This document shows positions 11,832 through 23,501 of a stretch of 64,000 nt of DNA, piece by piece. Numbering within the stretch: position 1 is the stretch's first letter; each line of letters starts with the position of its first letter. The position numbers and the translations under genes are program-made. Source of the DNA: an uncultured delta proteobacterium (GTDB lineage Bacteria > Myxococcota > Myxococcia > Myxococcales > Myxococcaceae); assembly GCA_963713045.1 (NCBI GenBank), contig CAVQKE010000003.1:64001-128000 (forward strand), in the 5' to 3' direction. The notes beneath the pieces were generated by a model that had not been told where the DNA came from, searched no databases, and worked only from the letters and a program-made list of their open reading frames with translations.

Positions 11832-12809
11832 TCAGAGGCTGAAAGCCCGCTCGGCTCGCGATGCTACCTCTCCGACGGTGAGAACTTCAATGTCCCCGTT
11901 GCATCGTGCCCGATCCAGACGCTCCAGCATCTCTTCGAATACCGAAAAGCCCTGATCGGACTCGGCCAGATTCTCCGGATGAAGGCAGAAGTGAAACACT
12001 CCGCGGTGGCGCGCCGCGACTTCCAGACCGCGGGCGAAGCGGTGGATCCTCGAGCGCAGCGGCAGAACTCTGGTTCGCGACCTTCCGATCGGATACAGAA
12101 ACAGAGACGATGGAATGTTCCAGAGGCGAGGTAGTATCTGGCGCGGCCAAACGGGAGGAGGGGCAGCGCTCCGAAATTCATCGAGGGCCCGGAGCAGTGC
12201 TCCCGGAACTGTCCGCCCAAGTTCGCAAGCGAGCACCGGCGTCCGGCCTCGGAAGCAGCGGATACCGTGCGCCGGAAGCAACCGATGATAAGCTTCTTGC
12301 TCGCGGCCAAACGAAAACGAAAGCGGCTGCACCGAAGACTGCTGGAGCGCCTTGATCCCTTCCGCGAGTTCCCACTTAACGACGTCCGCCGTCGCGCGCG
12401 CGTCGGTCCAGATGAAGTGAGTCAACCCGCCGTGCAGTCCGATTTCTTGATGCGGGCGCGCATCGCGCAAGCGCTGGATGAATGAATGCCGGTACCACAG
12501 CGGCGCAGTTGTCGCGCGGGTGCCGGGAATGGACGCGGTCCAGTCGGATGGCAAACCCGCCATTCGGCGATCCTGCGATCCCTGACTGTTGGCGAGCGTC
12601 ATGCCGCCCACCACAAACCAGGTTGCGCTGATACGAGCGGAGCAGAGACACGAAAGAAGCTTCTCGTGCGCTTCCACCGCGCCGGGGTAGCGCAGCTGAA
12701 ATCGAGGTTCGTTGAGTCGGTCGAAATAACCCCACATCTGCTCGATATCGAACGAAAGAATTGCAACGCCGCGATCGAACAATTTGAAGACGCTCTGTTG
12801 AACAGCCAT
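11832..12809 (-). CDS. Polysaccharide deacetylase (CE4/NodB-like) family protein
   Basis: LSFDIEQMWG, ISATWFVVG, QEIGLHGGLTH and FHFCLHPEN. Confidence 0.8.
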   Translation of the reverse strand: MAVQQSVFKLFDRGVAILSFDIEQMWGYFDRLNEPRFQLRYPGAVEAHEKLLSCLCSARISATWFVVGGMTLANSQGSQDRRMAGLPSDWTASIPGTRATTAPLWYRHSFIQRLRDARPHQEIGLHGGLTHFIWTDARATADVVKWELAEGIKALQQSSVQPLSFSFGREQEAYHRLLPAHGIRCFRGRTPVLACELGRTVPGALLRALDEFRSAAPPPVWPRQILPRLWNIPSSLFLYPIGRSRTRVLPLRSRIHRFARGLEVAARHRGVFHFCLHPENLAESDQGFSVFEEMLERLDRARCNGDIEVLTVGEVASRAERAFSL

Positions 12810-12812
12810 CTG

Positions 12813-14051
12813 TCACGCCCCGATCACGTCCAGCACGTCTGTCTGTTCGAACCGGCGCGCAGGCTGCGTCTTTCGGCAGGCTCGCAAACTGGAGCGAAAA
12901 ACCTGAGCAACGCGGTCAATATCCCGCGAGCGAAGCGCTGCATAGTTGGGAATGGTAATCAGGCGTTCAGCCACAGCCTCGGCCACGGGACAATCTCCGC
13001 GATATCCGAAAAGCCGGCACTGTTTGACCACATCCGAATAGATGGTGGAGGTATCGACGAATTTATCCCACATGGCCTTCCTTACTGCGTCACGTTCGGC
13101 GCTGCTTTGCAACACCACGGGGAAGAGATGATAGTTATACCGTGCACCGGGCCGCTCGGTAGGAAGAACGACGTTCCTTACGTCGCCCACCTCCGCCAGG
13201 AGCCGAAGACTGTTGGCACGCTGTGCCCTCACCCTTTGGCGAAATCGCAAAGCCTGCCGGCACGCTACTACGGCGTACGGGCGAGGGATCGCAGAGAGGT
13301 CCAGGGTTGGTTCCAGGAGAGCCCACTGCTCGGCCCATCGGCGCAACGGTTTTCCGACAAGCCCGTAGAGGCGTCTGTTGAAAACTGCTGCTTTCGCGCT
13401 TTGAAGAATGAGGTAAAGTAGCTCGCGCGCGTGCGAAGGCGGCGAGAGAGCTGAAGCCACCCGGGCGAATTTCTGTGCGAGCATCGCATCGTGGATGACG
13501 GCCAGCCCTCCGCCACCCGCCGGCCAGTACTTGGTGGATGCAAAACTGTAGAACGAAGCGGATCCAAAGCTGCCGGCCATCGAGCCGTTCAAGAAGCTAA
13601 GAGGCGCATGAGCCGCATCCTCGATTAAGAGCTTGCCCCCGGAAGCAAGCATGAGGGCCGGCAAATCGGCCATTTGTCCGAACAAGTGCACAACGATGAC
13701 CGCGGCAAAACGTCCGCGCGCGGCCAGCAGGGACTTGGGATCCATGGTCAGATATCGCGGCTCGATATCGATGAAGATTGGCCGATGCCCCGCGGCTACG
13801 ATCGCACTCACCAGCGAGGGATCGGTAAACAGCGGGAGGGCAACACCTGACTGCGGCTTTAAATCGAGGGCCGTAAGCAGAAGCCAAAGCGCCTGCCTGC
13901 CGCTGCGAGTCCAGAATTTTGGGCTGTCGCCGAGCAAATCGAATGCCGGAGGCGGTGTTTGTCCAACAATAGAGCGCAGTCCAGCGGCGCCGTCGGATAG
14001 CGTATACGGTAGTGCGAATCGGGGAATCGCCAAGAATCGGGAGGGTGTCAT
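12813..14051 (-). CDS. DegT/DnrJ/EryC1/StrS-family PLP-dependent aminotransferase (second, divergent copy)
   Basis: SGRQAL, VHLFGQMAD, IEDAAHA, SFASTK (PLP Lys) followed by GGGG, and CPVAEAVAERLITIP. Confidence 0.85.
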   Translation of the reverse strand: MTPSRFLAIPRFALPYTLSDGAAGLRSIVGQTPPPAFDLLGDSPKFWTRSGRQALWLLLTALDLKPQSGVALPLFTDPSLVSAIVAAGHRPIFIDIEPRYLTMDPKSLLAARGRFAAVIVVHLFGQMADLPALMLASGGKLLIEDAAHAPLSFLNGSMAGSFGSASFYSFASTKYWPAGGGGLAVIHDAMLAQKFARVASALSPPSHARELLYLILQSAKAAVFNRRLYGLVGKPLRRWAEQWALLEPTLDLSAIPRPYAVVACRQALRFRQRVRAQRANSLRLLAEVGDVRNVVLPTERPGARYNYHLFPVVLQSSAERDAVRKAMWDKFVDTSTIYSDVVKQCRLFGYRGDCPVAEAVAERLITIPNYAALRSRDIDRVAQVFRSSLRACRKTQPARRFEQTDVLDVIGA

Positions 14052-15010
14052 GATTTCCTCGCGCCGGAGACTCGCGCGCCCTCAAGCACAGTCTGAAAGA
14101 TCTCGATTTGCTGGGAATCCGGACGAACCCGCCGCGCCCAGCGTAGCGCGGTCCTCGCCACCGGTCGATTGAGCAAAGCGTCGAGAATCGGCAAGAGCTG
14201 AATCGCAGACAGATGAGGCGTCATTTCGTAGCCGAAACGCAGCTTGTACTCATGCAGGCCGTCGGCGGAGAACAGGGGAAAATAGCCGTAGCAAACCTGC
14301 TCGATGGAAGCGTCGTCGGCGGCCTCCTTGGTCACGGTATAGGTTAGTAAATGATTGGGGAAGTCAGGCAGATCCTCCTGGCGCGACATCTGATGCAGGA
14401 TGTGCAGCCATTTTTCTTCGCGGCAGGTGATCATATACGCCGCCAGGCGCTTTCCAGAAAACGCGGCCGGGACGGAAATCTCCGGAGAGGCGAACGCCGC
14501 TTCCACCAATCGCGCCCAACGGCGCGGTTCTCCGAATTCAGGGTCGTATCGTTGCTGGCGCGCCATCGTACTGATGTTGAGCTCCCGGCCCTGCTGCAAC
14601 AGCTCGCTCTTTTTTGCCCGCCTCACTTCGAAGCGTTGCAAAGCGTGCCGGACTCGCGGGCGATGTTTGGCGTGCAGCAAAGCCAGATCATACGCGCAAT
14701 TCCGCATCACGTACAGTCCACTGTCAAGTCCGCTCCAAGTTAGGGACGGGAACCGCGCGCCGAGGGCTCCCGCGTCCCGAATTGCACGATTCAGTTCAGC
14801 CGGATCCGGGTTGAGCATGGCTTGATACGGCAGACTCATCAGGAACCGTCCCGGCGCCATATACCAAACGCTTCCGCAAGCCTCAGTGACGCGACGGCCC
14901 CGTAGCGCCATAAATCGCGCCATTCCGCTTCCAGGAAGAGAGACGTGTTCACGGTTTTGTACCCGACCGTCACCGCTGCGTAGCGTTGTTCGATGTTGGA
15001 GAATTCCAAG
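14048..15010 (-). CDS. GNAT/FemAB-like fold hypothetical protein; start uncertain
   Basis: YDLALLHAKHRPRVRHAL, LAAYMIT, PNHLL and GLHEYKLRFGY resemble GNAT/Fem-like proteins found in polysaccharide loci. Confidence 0.55.
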   Translation of the reverse strand, partial: LGILQHRTTLRSGDGRVQNREHVSLPGSGMARFMALRGRRVTEACGSVWYMAPGRFLMSLPYQAMLNPDPAELNRAIRDAGALGARFPSLTWSGLDSGLYVMRNCAYDLALLHAKHRPRVRHALQRFEVRRAKKSELLQQGRELNISTMARQQRYDPEFGEPRRWARLVEAAFASPEISVPAAFSGKRLAAYMITCREEKWLHILHQMSRQEDLPDFPNHLLTYTVTKEAADDASIEQVCYGYFPLFSADGLHEYKLRFGYEMTPHLSAIQLLPILDALLNRPVARTALRWARRVRPDSQQIEIFQTVLEGARVSGARKS

Positions 15011-15053
15011 CACTTGATCTCGCCCAACGGCCCTGCCCGTTTGATTCGGTTTG

Positions 15054-17057
15054 TCAGGGAATCGACGGCCTGAACTCTTCTGGGCCCGCCGTTCCTTTGG
15101 CTTTCCCGTTCTTGTTCCTGTTGCTAAGACCGGCGACGCCGGGCAGCAAAACTGGCACGTCGGAGTTGGATACCTCGTTTGGCGCTGTCTTTCCCGACGC
15201 AACCTCGAGCAGCCTTTCCGGAGCCTTGTATTCGGGAACCATACTCTGGATATGCGCCAGGATCTGCGGCTCTCGTCTGGCCGCCAGGAGGCGTTGCAAT
15301 TCTTCCATCCAGTCCTCCACCGCATCCCAGCCGATCGGCCGGTCGCAAATGATTTTGATCTTTTCCTGATATCTGGTCGAGCCCCTGCCGTGCGGCGATG
15401 ATCTCTTCGACCAGCTTCTCTCCCGGCCGCAAGCCGGTAAATTGAATCTCGATGTCCTCATAGGGAACCAAGCCCGCCAGACGGATCATATTCTCGGCGA
15501 GGTCGACAATTCGAATGGGATCACCCATGTCGAGGACGAAAATCTCCGCGCCCTGACTGTTTGCAGAGGCCTGGATTACGAGCGACACCGCTTCGCCGGC
15601 CGTCATAAAGTATCTCCGAACCTCGGGATGCGTGACCTTGACGGGCCCACCGGCTGCGATTTGCGCTTGGAAGATAGGAACGACGCTTCCGCTGCTTCCG
15701 AGCACGTTACCGAATCGAACGGAAACGCCCTTGAGTTGAGGGCTGGAGCGCGCCGAGACGATTCTCTCGCAGACACGCTTGGTCGCTCCCATCACGCAGA
15801 CTGGATTGACGGCCTTGTCGGAGGAGATCATCAACAGGCTCCGAACGTTTCGCCGGCCGGCTGTGCGCATCAGATTCCAGGTGCCAACGATGTTGTTACG
15901 AACCGCCTCGATGACGTGCGATTCCATCATTGGCACGTGTTTGTAGGCTGCCGCGTGGAAAATTCGCTCCACTCGATGGCGCTCCATCACCTCAGCCAAC
16001 CGGTCCGTCTCCCGGATATTCCCGACAGTGGCAACCAGTTCCAGTCGCGGAAATTTCTCGCGGATTTCGTTTTCGAGCCGAAACAGATCGCTTTCGGCCT
16101 GATCGAGGGCGACCAAGCAGGCGGGCTGGAAGCGCGCCAATTGGCGGCACAGCTCCGAGCCGATGGAGCCTGCGGCGCCGGTAACTAATATAGAATGGCC
16201 GGCGATGCTGGCGACTACGGGCTCCTCGTCCAAGCGAACGGGCTTGCGTCCGACAAGATCGTGAACCGACATGTTCCGGACCTGCGCGGTGGACACTCGT
16301 CCGTTCAGCAATTCCTCTACACCGGGAACGGTTTTGCAGGGCAACCTTGCCGCACGGCAGTTGGCTAGCGCTTCACGCATCTCGCGGCCCGTGGCCGAAG
16401 GCATGGCGATGACAATCTCCTCGACCACGTGCTTGTGCGAGTTCAGCTTTCGGATGATCGACGGCGCATCGCGACCTGAGCCGAGGACGCGCACCCCGCA
16501 CAACCAATGCGCCTACTTTGCGCGGATCGTCGTCGAAGAAGCCCTTTACCTCGTACCGCGTCCACCGGTTCGAACGAATCTCATGGATCAGTTCGGCGCC
16601 TGCAGCGCCCGCACCATAGACGACGATTCCCTTGCGGGGTTCGTGCAACATTTCCCGGGGGAGCGCTTCGCGGATGCGGTTAGAGAATCGGATCAACGCT
16701 GTTGCTAGAAAACAAACCACCGCGTCAATCAGCCAGACCGAGCGCGGCATCGCCGGTCCCATCCACCAGGACTGTGACGACCGCAAACAGGACAGAGCCC
16801 GCGAGATTCCCAAGAAACACGCGATACAGATCGGGGATGCTCGCGAAACGGCGCATGCTGCGATAGATGCCAGCGCAGTCGAAAATTGGCAGCTTGATCA
16901 AGATTGCGGCCACAAGCGCCCGCTTCAGAACTGGCAGTTCGCCGGGTGGTATCGAAAAGTCGAACCGGAGCAGAAAAGCAGTGGCTAGTGAGATTTCAAC
17001 GGCTGCCAAGTGGCAGGCGCGCTCGAACCAAACGTCTACGTGACCACGCGGTGTCAT
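15054..17057 (-). CDS. CapD/PglF/WbpM-type membrane-bound UDP-sugar 4,6-dehydratase; frameshifted
   Basis: N-terminal TM helices, VYGAGAAG, VTGAAGSIGSELCRQ, HAAAYKHVPMME, ISSDKAV, MGATKR, RFGNVLGSSGSV and GLRPGEKL. Confidence 0.92.
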
Positions 17058-17111
17058 ATACAGTCCCGAAGATTTTGTGGTTGATCGAGGAGTGAACGAT
17101 GCGGACGTGCT

Positions 17112-18300
17112 CTAAGCAACCAACTGAGCGTGTCTCGCGCGGCTCAGAACCAGCTTCACGGTGTCAGCTACGTATTGGGCCTGAGCGTCGCTCATTGCCG
17201 GGTATAACGGCAGCGAGACGATGCGGGAATAGAGTTCCAACGCGCGCGGACACAAATAGTGCGACAAAGGCAGTCCACGAAAGTAGTGATGCAGAGGAAT
17301 CGGAATGAAATGCACGCTCGTCCCGATACCCTTTTCTTTCAGCTCGCGCACAAAGGCTGCGCGGTCAATCTTCAGCCGCCGCAAGTTGAGTCGAATCACG
17401 TACAGGTGCCAGGCGTGACGGCAGTCCGGGTTGTCGGGCGGCAGTTCGATTTCGTCCAACTCGGCGAAGGCGCGATTGTAAATGCCGGCATGCGACGTTC
17501 TGCGTTCGATAAAGCGATCGAGTTTTCGAAGCTGGTGAATGCCGATGGCAGCCTGGATGTCGCTGAGATTGTACTTGAATCCGTGAGCGACCACGTCATA
17601 GTGCCAATCGCCTTGCTCGGTGTATCGGTCCCAGGCACTGTGACTGGTGCCGTGCAGCGATAAACTCCGCATGCACTCCGCCAACCGGGGGCAGCGAGTC
17701 GTCACCATGCCACCTTCACCCGTGGTCAGGTTCTTGGTGGCATAAAACTAAACGCGACGGCATCGCTGCTGGACGTCCGGCCGGTACCGGTTGCGCCGAT
17801 CGGCCGGCCATTCCAATGCGCTCCAACGGCGTGCGCAGCATCTTCGATCACGCTGATATTTTGCCGTTGTGGCCAGTTCCCAGATTGCTCGCATGTCGCA
17901 AGGCAGTCCGCCCATGTGAACCGGGATGATGGCACGAGTCCGGCCAGTGATGCGCCTTTCAATTTCGTTCGGGTCAATGTTGCCGTCAGGTCCGATGTCC
18001 GCCAGTACTGGTGAGGCGCCAACGTGCAGAATCGCCTGGACAGTGGCGCAAAACGTCATCGGCGTTGTGATGACCTCATCGCCCGGGCCGATCTTCAAGG
18101 CCGCCATGGCAAGATGGAGCGCGGCCGTGGCTGAGTTGACCGCGATAGCGTGATCGGCGCCGACATACCGGCGAAAATCACGTTCGAAACGCGCCACGCG
18201 CGGGTCCAGTGGTCAACCAGCCCGACCTCAACGTATCGGCCACTTCATTGATCTCTTCGGCGCCGATTGAGGGCCGGTGAAACGGAATGTGCTTGTCAAG
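17112..18300 (-). CDS. DegT/DnrJ/EryC1/StrS-family sugar aminotransferase; frameshifted
   Basis: [44 protein letters not shown] and [14 protein letters not shown]. Confidence 0.9.
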
Positions 18301-18956
18301 CGTGCATAGCGTCTGCATGGAAAGCCTCTTTGATGAAGTCCGGGTCGAACTCAGCCGGAAACAGACTGTAGTGAATTGTCAGCAGGATCAGCTTTATGTC
18401 CTGCCAGAACGATCTGGACCGAAGGTAGCCCAGATTCAACGCCAGCTTCGCCGGTAAGACATCTCCCGGTAGAGGGCCGTCCAGATCCGAGCCCGCGATC
18501 AGAATGTTTTCCTCATCACGAAAGAGCAAAGTGGCAAGATCCGTGATTCCAGGACGTGCCAGTAGGACCTCACGCCATATGGGTGCATCCAACTCTACGT
18601 ACTCCGCCATTTCGGGCCGCGGTGCCCACCACACTCATATCGCCCATCAAAACGTTAATGAGCTGAGGCAGTTCGTCCAGTTTGTGGCGGCGGAGCTTCG
18701 CTCCGATTTTGGTAATGCGATCGTCCCCCGCCGCGGTGATCGCGCTGCCATGGACGCACGTGCGCATGGTCCGGAATTTCCAGATGCGAAATGGCCGGCC
18801 GTGTCTCCCAACCCTGGTCTGGCGGAAGAAGACCGGAGGGGCGTCGCTCAACAAGATCGTGAGTGCGATGAGAGCGAGAACAGGACTCAGCAGCACCAGC
18901 CCCGCGCCGGCGCAAGTCAGATCGAAAAGTCTTCCCATGACTCCGTGGGAGAGCAT
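18296..18956 (-). CDS. Bacterial sugar transferase (initiating phosphoglycosyl transferase, PglC/WcaJ-like); one frameshift
   Basis: [34 protein letters not shown] and RPGITDLA. Confidence 0.9.
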
Positions 18957-18969
18957 TGTGAACTTTTAG

Positions 18970-19612
18970 TCATGGGGCGATCCCTACGGTTTCGCTTTCT
19001 AGATGGCTCATGATGTATTCGTTCATCCAGCGACCTTTTCTCTGCAGAAATCGCTGAGTGTGCCGAAATCCGGCTTGCCGGTAGAGCGCATTCGCCCGGT
19101 CGTTACCGTCAGCGTCCGTGGTTAAGTAGACGTACTCGGCATCCATTGACTTGGCCCGAGCTACAAAGGCGCCGATCAATGCTTTGCCCACACCGTTGCC
19201 TGCCGCTTCCGGGGCGACCGCAATCGACGACAGCTCCACGATCTTGCTGACGCCCCGGATGCTGAAACCTGGAACCGGTGCAGACCGTATAAATGTCCGT
19301 TACCAACGAGGGATGCCGAATGTGAGAGCCGACAGCGCGGGCAGAGCGAATTCCCGGCGATTCGCCGGCATTAGTCTGTAAAACCGTGCCGGGTTCACAA
19401 AACCGCAAGCAAAGCCATGCAGCTTTCCATGTGCGTTCGCTTACGAACGCAATCCCAGCTCGATAATGCAGTACCAGCGCATAGTATCGGGTCAGAAACT
19501 GTTCGCCGAGCCTGGTCAGAAAGAAATTACTGAACGCCTCTTGGTCAATTCTGACGATACCGACAACGTCGAGTGCGGTGGCCTGTGTACGGCAGTCCTT
19601 GGTGGTTGGCAT
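18970..19612 (-). CDS. GNAT-family N-acetyltransferase; frameshifted
   Basis: ELSSIAVAPEAAGNGVGKAL and YLTTD...NDRANALYRQAGF. Confidence 0.85.
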
Positions 19613-20840
19613 GGACTCGATCCGCTAGCGAACCGGGAGCCATCGTGATCGGGAGTCCGTTGTAACTACGCCGGGCTGCATTCGGCCCCCGAGAAGGGCC
19701 GGCTGCCAGCCTCTCCTTCAGCAGTTCTAAGTACAGGCTCCTGTATGCGCTGAGCATTCTGTCTTCGGTGTAGTGGCGTTCAAACTGGGCTTTCGCTCGC
19801 GTACCGAGTCGCGCCATCAGCACTGGGTCGCGGGCAACTCGGAGAATTGCATCTCTCAGAGCGACGGCATTGGCGGGAGGCCCAGCCATACGGTGGTGTC
19901 TGGCGACGCCACTTCCTTATGGCTGCCGATGCTGGTCGCGACGATGGGTTTCGCGGCAGCCATCGCTTCCAACAAGGCGATTGAAAGGCCCTCTCGAAGA
20001 CTTGGCAGAACCACGAGATGGAGGCTTCCAGGAGGTCCCTAACATCTTCGCGGAATCCTAAGAACGTCACATGGTCCGAGACATCCAAATTGCGGACTCG
20101 CTGTCCAGAGCCGCACGGGCCGGTCCATCACCCGCAATTACAACTCGGAAGCGGCGTTCGTAGCGCGCGAGCATTGCGGCTGCTTCAATCAGATATTCGA
20201 GGCCCTTATCGGCTGCTAGCCTTGCCATCGTCAAGATCAGAAAGTCACAGGGGCGGGCGCCCAAACGGCCCCGCAGCTCTGCCGGCGCGACGCTAGCCGC
20301 AGCAAACGCGCGATTCCGTTGGGAATGGCAACGATCTTCGATGGGTTGCACATTCCAAGCTTTAGCGCCCAGTCACGATGAAACTCGCTGACCGAAACGA
20401 TTCGATGACACCAGTGTGATGCCGCACGCTCCAGAGTCGAATAAAAGCGGCGCACCCTTTGTGGGCTGTTTTCGTGAAATGCGAATCCATGAGCCGTATG
20501 CACGATCACAGGTACATTGGCAAGCCGCGCAGCGAGCCGTCCTACAAGCCAGCTTTTGACGTGTGCGTGTGGACGATATCGTATGGTTCCCGTTGTAGAA
20601 AATGCGCGAGTCGCGACAGGCCGGCCAAGTCCCAGAGGGGGCGGATCTCGCGACGAATCACATCCAAATCGACAACGCCCAGACCTTGCTCAACAGCAGC
20701 GCGCTTGAAAATACTGTCCGTGGTCAAGACATCCACCTGCCATCCCTCGGCGCGTCCGGCTGCGCCAACTGGAGAATGATGCGACCCGCTCCGCCGAAAC
20801 AAGAATCGCCCGTAATGTGAAGCAGCTTGACCGGGTTCAT
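19545..20840 (-). CDS. GT4-family glycosyltransferase; frameshifted
   Basis: [55 protein letters not shown] and LLEAMAA. Confidence 0.88.
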
Positions 20841-20844
20841 TTTT

Positions 20845-22086
20845 CTACGTGTAGTTTAGAATCACGGACTCGAGTTGCCGTCCTGGAATCCTGGCCCGAC
20901 GGCGGGCTAGTGAATAGCATGAGGAATCAATGCAAAAACCAGCCACCAATGTCGCTGGTAAAAGGCTTCGATTCCCATCGCAACGCCGATCATCGCGGTG
21001 TGGGCTAGCAAGAGCGCTAGTGCCAGAGGCTGCTCGCCTTAGGGGCAAATCGATACGCCAACCACACTTTCCTGAAGAACCACAGGAAAAAAGCCAGGAG
21101 TATGGCTAAACCCGCCAACCCGAAGTCGGCCAAGAACCACATCGCGCTGTTATGGGCGACCTCTCCCACTGCTAGCCGAAAGCTTCCGAGTCCGCCGCCC
21201 ACAAACGGGCGTTGCACGAATGCCCGTAATGCCAGGTGAATCAAGTCGACTCGTTCCTGCACCTGTTGTGGGCGCTTGGCCATTTCTTCAAAGATCGGGT
21301 AAAAAGCGATGGCCCAGTACCAGAATCAGGCAAGGAAACAACATCAACGCCGACAGAATTGGCCGAATCGCGACTGCGGGTTTAACCAGGAAGAAAAGTA
21401 AAGCCGCAGCGCCCAGGCCGAGCCAAGCGGATCGGGAAAAAGTGAGCAAAATCCCCAAATACGAGGCTCAACCTGACATCCAGAGAGTCGTCCCTCGGAA
21501 AAGGGGATCTGGCCCCTCATGAAGCACCTTCGCACAGAACTAACGCAACGACGAGGAGCCCTCCGTACGCGTTCGGGTCCAGGAGAGTGCCTGAGAGCCT
21601 CAAGCCTTCGTAGCGTGTAAACGGCGTTGCGACGCCGAAATAGTAGGCAGCGAGGAATCCGCCGATTGCCACGATGTTCTCCGCTACGACACCCAAGATG
21701 AAAAAACGAATCAGTCGCCGCAGGTCCTGCCATTCCGAGACGGCCGAAGTGATTGCTGCGTAGCTGAGAAAAGGGAGCAACAAGCCGGCATCTTTGTTCA
21801 GCAGTTCATAGCGATCGAGGCGCCCCAACCGCAAAACGGTAACCAGAGAACCAATGGCGAATGTCAGCATGATTGCGATGTGCCACTCGCTCCAAAGAGC
21901 CGATTGGCATCGAAGCTGGCCGGCCGCCAGGAGAACGACCAACAGCAAAAACCCATCCGCTGGCGCAAAATTGATGCGATCGCCAACATTGAAAAGATAC
22001 GGAAGGAGTATGACGTAACCGGTTACCAATGAACCTATAAGCCCCTCGGTTCGACCTGCGCGCCGGTTAGGAAGCGATAGCGTCAT
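20845..22086 (-). CDS. O-antigen ligase/Wzy polymerase-family membrane protein; frameshifted
   Basis: Many TM segments, RLSGTLLDPNAYG, LTFSRSAW and PFVGGGLGSF...AHNSAMWFLADFGLAG. Confidence 0.8.
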
Positions 22087-23493
22087 AGGTTCAGGATTCC
22101 TTGCGCGATCGGCGCTTGATGTGCGCATGATTCCTTCATGTGTTTCCAAGGGGCCAAGATTAAGTGCGCTAGCACAGCCGAGGCGAGCAGCACGCGTACC
22201 ACGGCCCCGGCAGCCATGCCAAGTGCCGCGCCGGTCAAACCACGCGACGGCACTAACAGATAGCAAGCCGCTGCCGTAGCCGCGGCCGCGGCGGCGAACA
22301 TAGGTACTTGAATCCTGAATCGCCGCGCGGCAGTGATGCCGCCGTTCAGCACGCCGGCTACGCAATGGAGGGCCGCGCCAAGCATCAGAAACTCGAAAGC
22401 CCGTGAGCTAGCGGCGTATTCTGGGCCGTAAAAGAGAGAGAGAAGTCGCTTACCCGCCAACTCCGCTGTCGCAAGTGCAGCGACACCGAACCCGCCGCTA
22501 AGGGTTCCGAGCTTCAGGAGGACTACTTGGAATTCGGCGATGTGCCCAGCCGCGTACAGGCGCGAGAGTTGGGGGATGGCGCAACTTCCCAGCGAGTCGC
22601 TGATGAGGGTCGAGCCAATTGTGGCATAGGCTAGAGCCGAAAAAATGCCGAGCTCGTATTCGCCCATCTTGGCAGCGACAAAATACCGCGGCAGATTCAG
22701 ATTGATCGAAGCTAGAGTTGTTACGATGCCGAGCGGCACCGACAAGCACACAAGATCCCACTGACGCCCGGCTCGCTGCCGACCGCTCCAAACACGCCAC
22801 AGGCTGGCAGCGTTGGGAAAGCGTGTGAATTGCGGCGAGCGCTCGATAATTCGGAACCCTTGACGAAAGTCCCAGCCAATCAGCGCCGCCAACCAGACCA
22901 ACGCGACCGCGAGACTCGCCCAAAACACATCTCTGGTCAGATACAGACCCGCGCTCAGCGGCGAGCAGTGAAAGTATGCCGCGCAGCATCATGGATCTTC
23001 CGGTCTGATCGAGCCGGTCGTGCAGTTGGAACAAGCCGTAATGGACGTCGCTGAGAGTTTCCGTGCCCTTGGCCAAAGCAACCGCCACGACGACCATGGC
23101 CGTCCGGTGGGGAATGTTTTCAATCCACGTGAAGGTGACGATCGCCGCAATCGCGAGCGAACTCATGACGAACCGGAGCTGGAGGTACTCGCCGAATGAA
23201 TACAGACGTGTCGCGTCGGTCGCCTGAACAGCTCGCAGGTGGAGATTTGTAAACATCAGCACCGGCGTCGCGATCGCCAGTCCGAGCGAGAACTGCCCCA
23301 CCATTAGGGAGCTGCCGAGTTTCGCGAGTGCGACAATCATTCCCAATTGACACCCTGCGAATATCACATTTCCCGCGAGCATCCACAGGAAGTTGGCGCG
23401 GAACGAAAGACCGGGCAACACTGGTATGGTCGGGGGCACGTTCGCTCTGCTGGTTATCGCTTGATACGATCGGTGCAGTTGCAGTGAACTCAC
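22083..23493 (-). CDS. Wzx-type polysaccharide flippase; one frameshift
   Basis: NFLWMLAGNVIFAGCQ, VGQFSLGLAI and LPRYFV...LGIFSAL, with many TM helices. Confidence 0.85.
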
Positions 23494-23501
23494 AATAAAC
23501 T

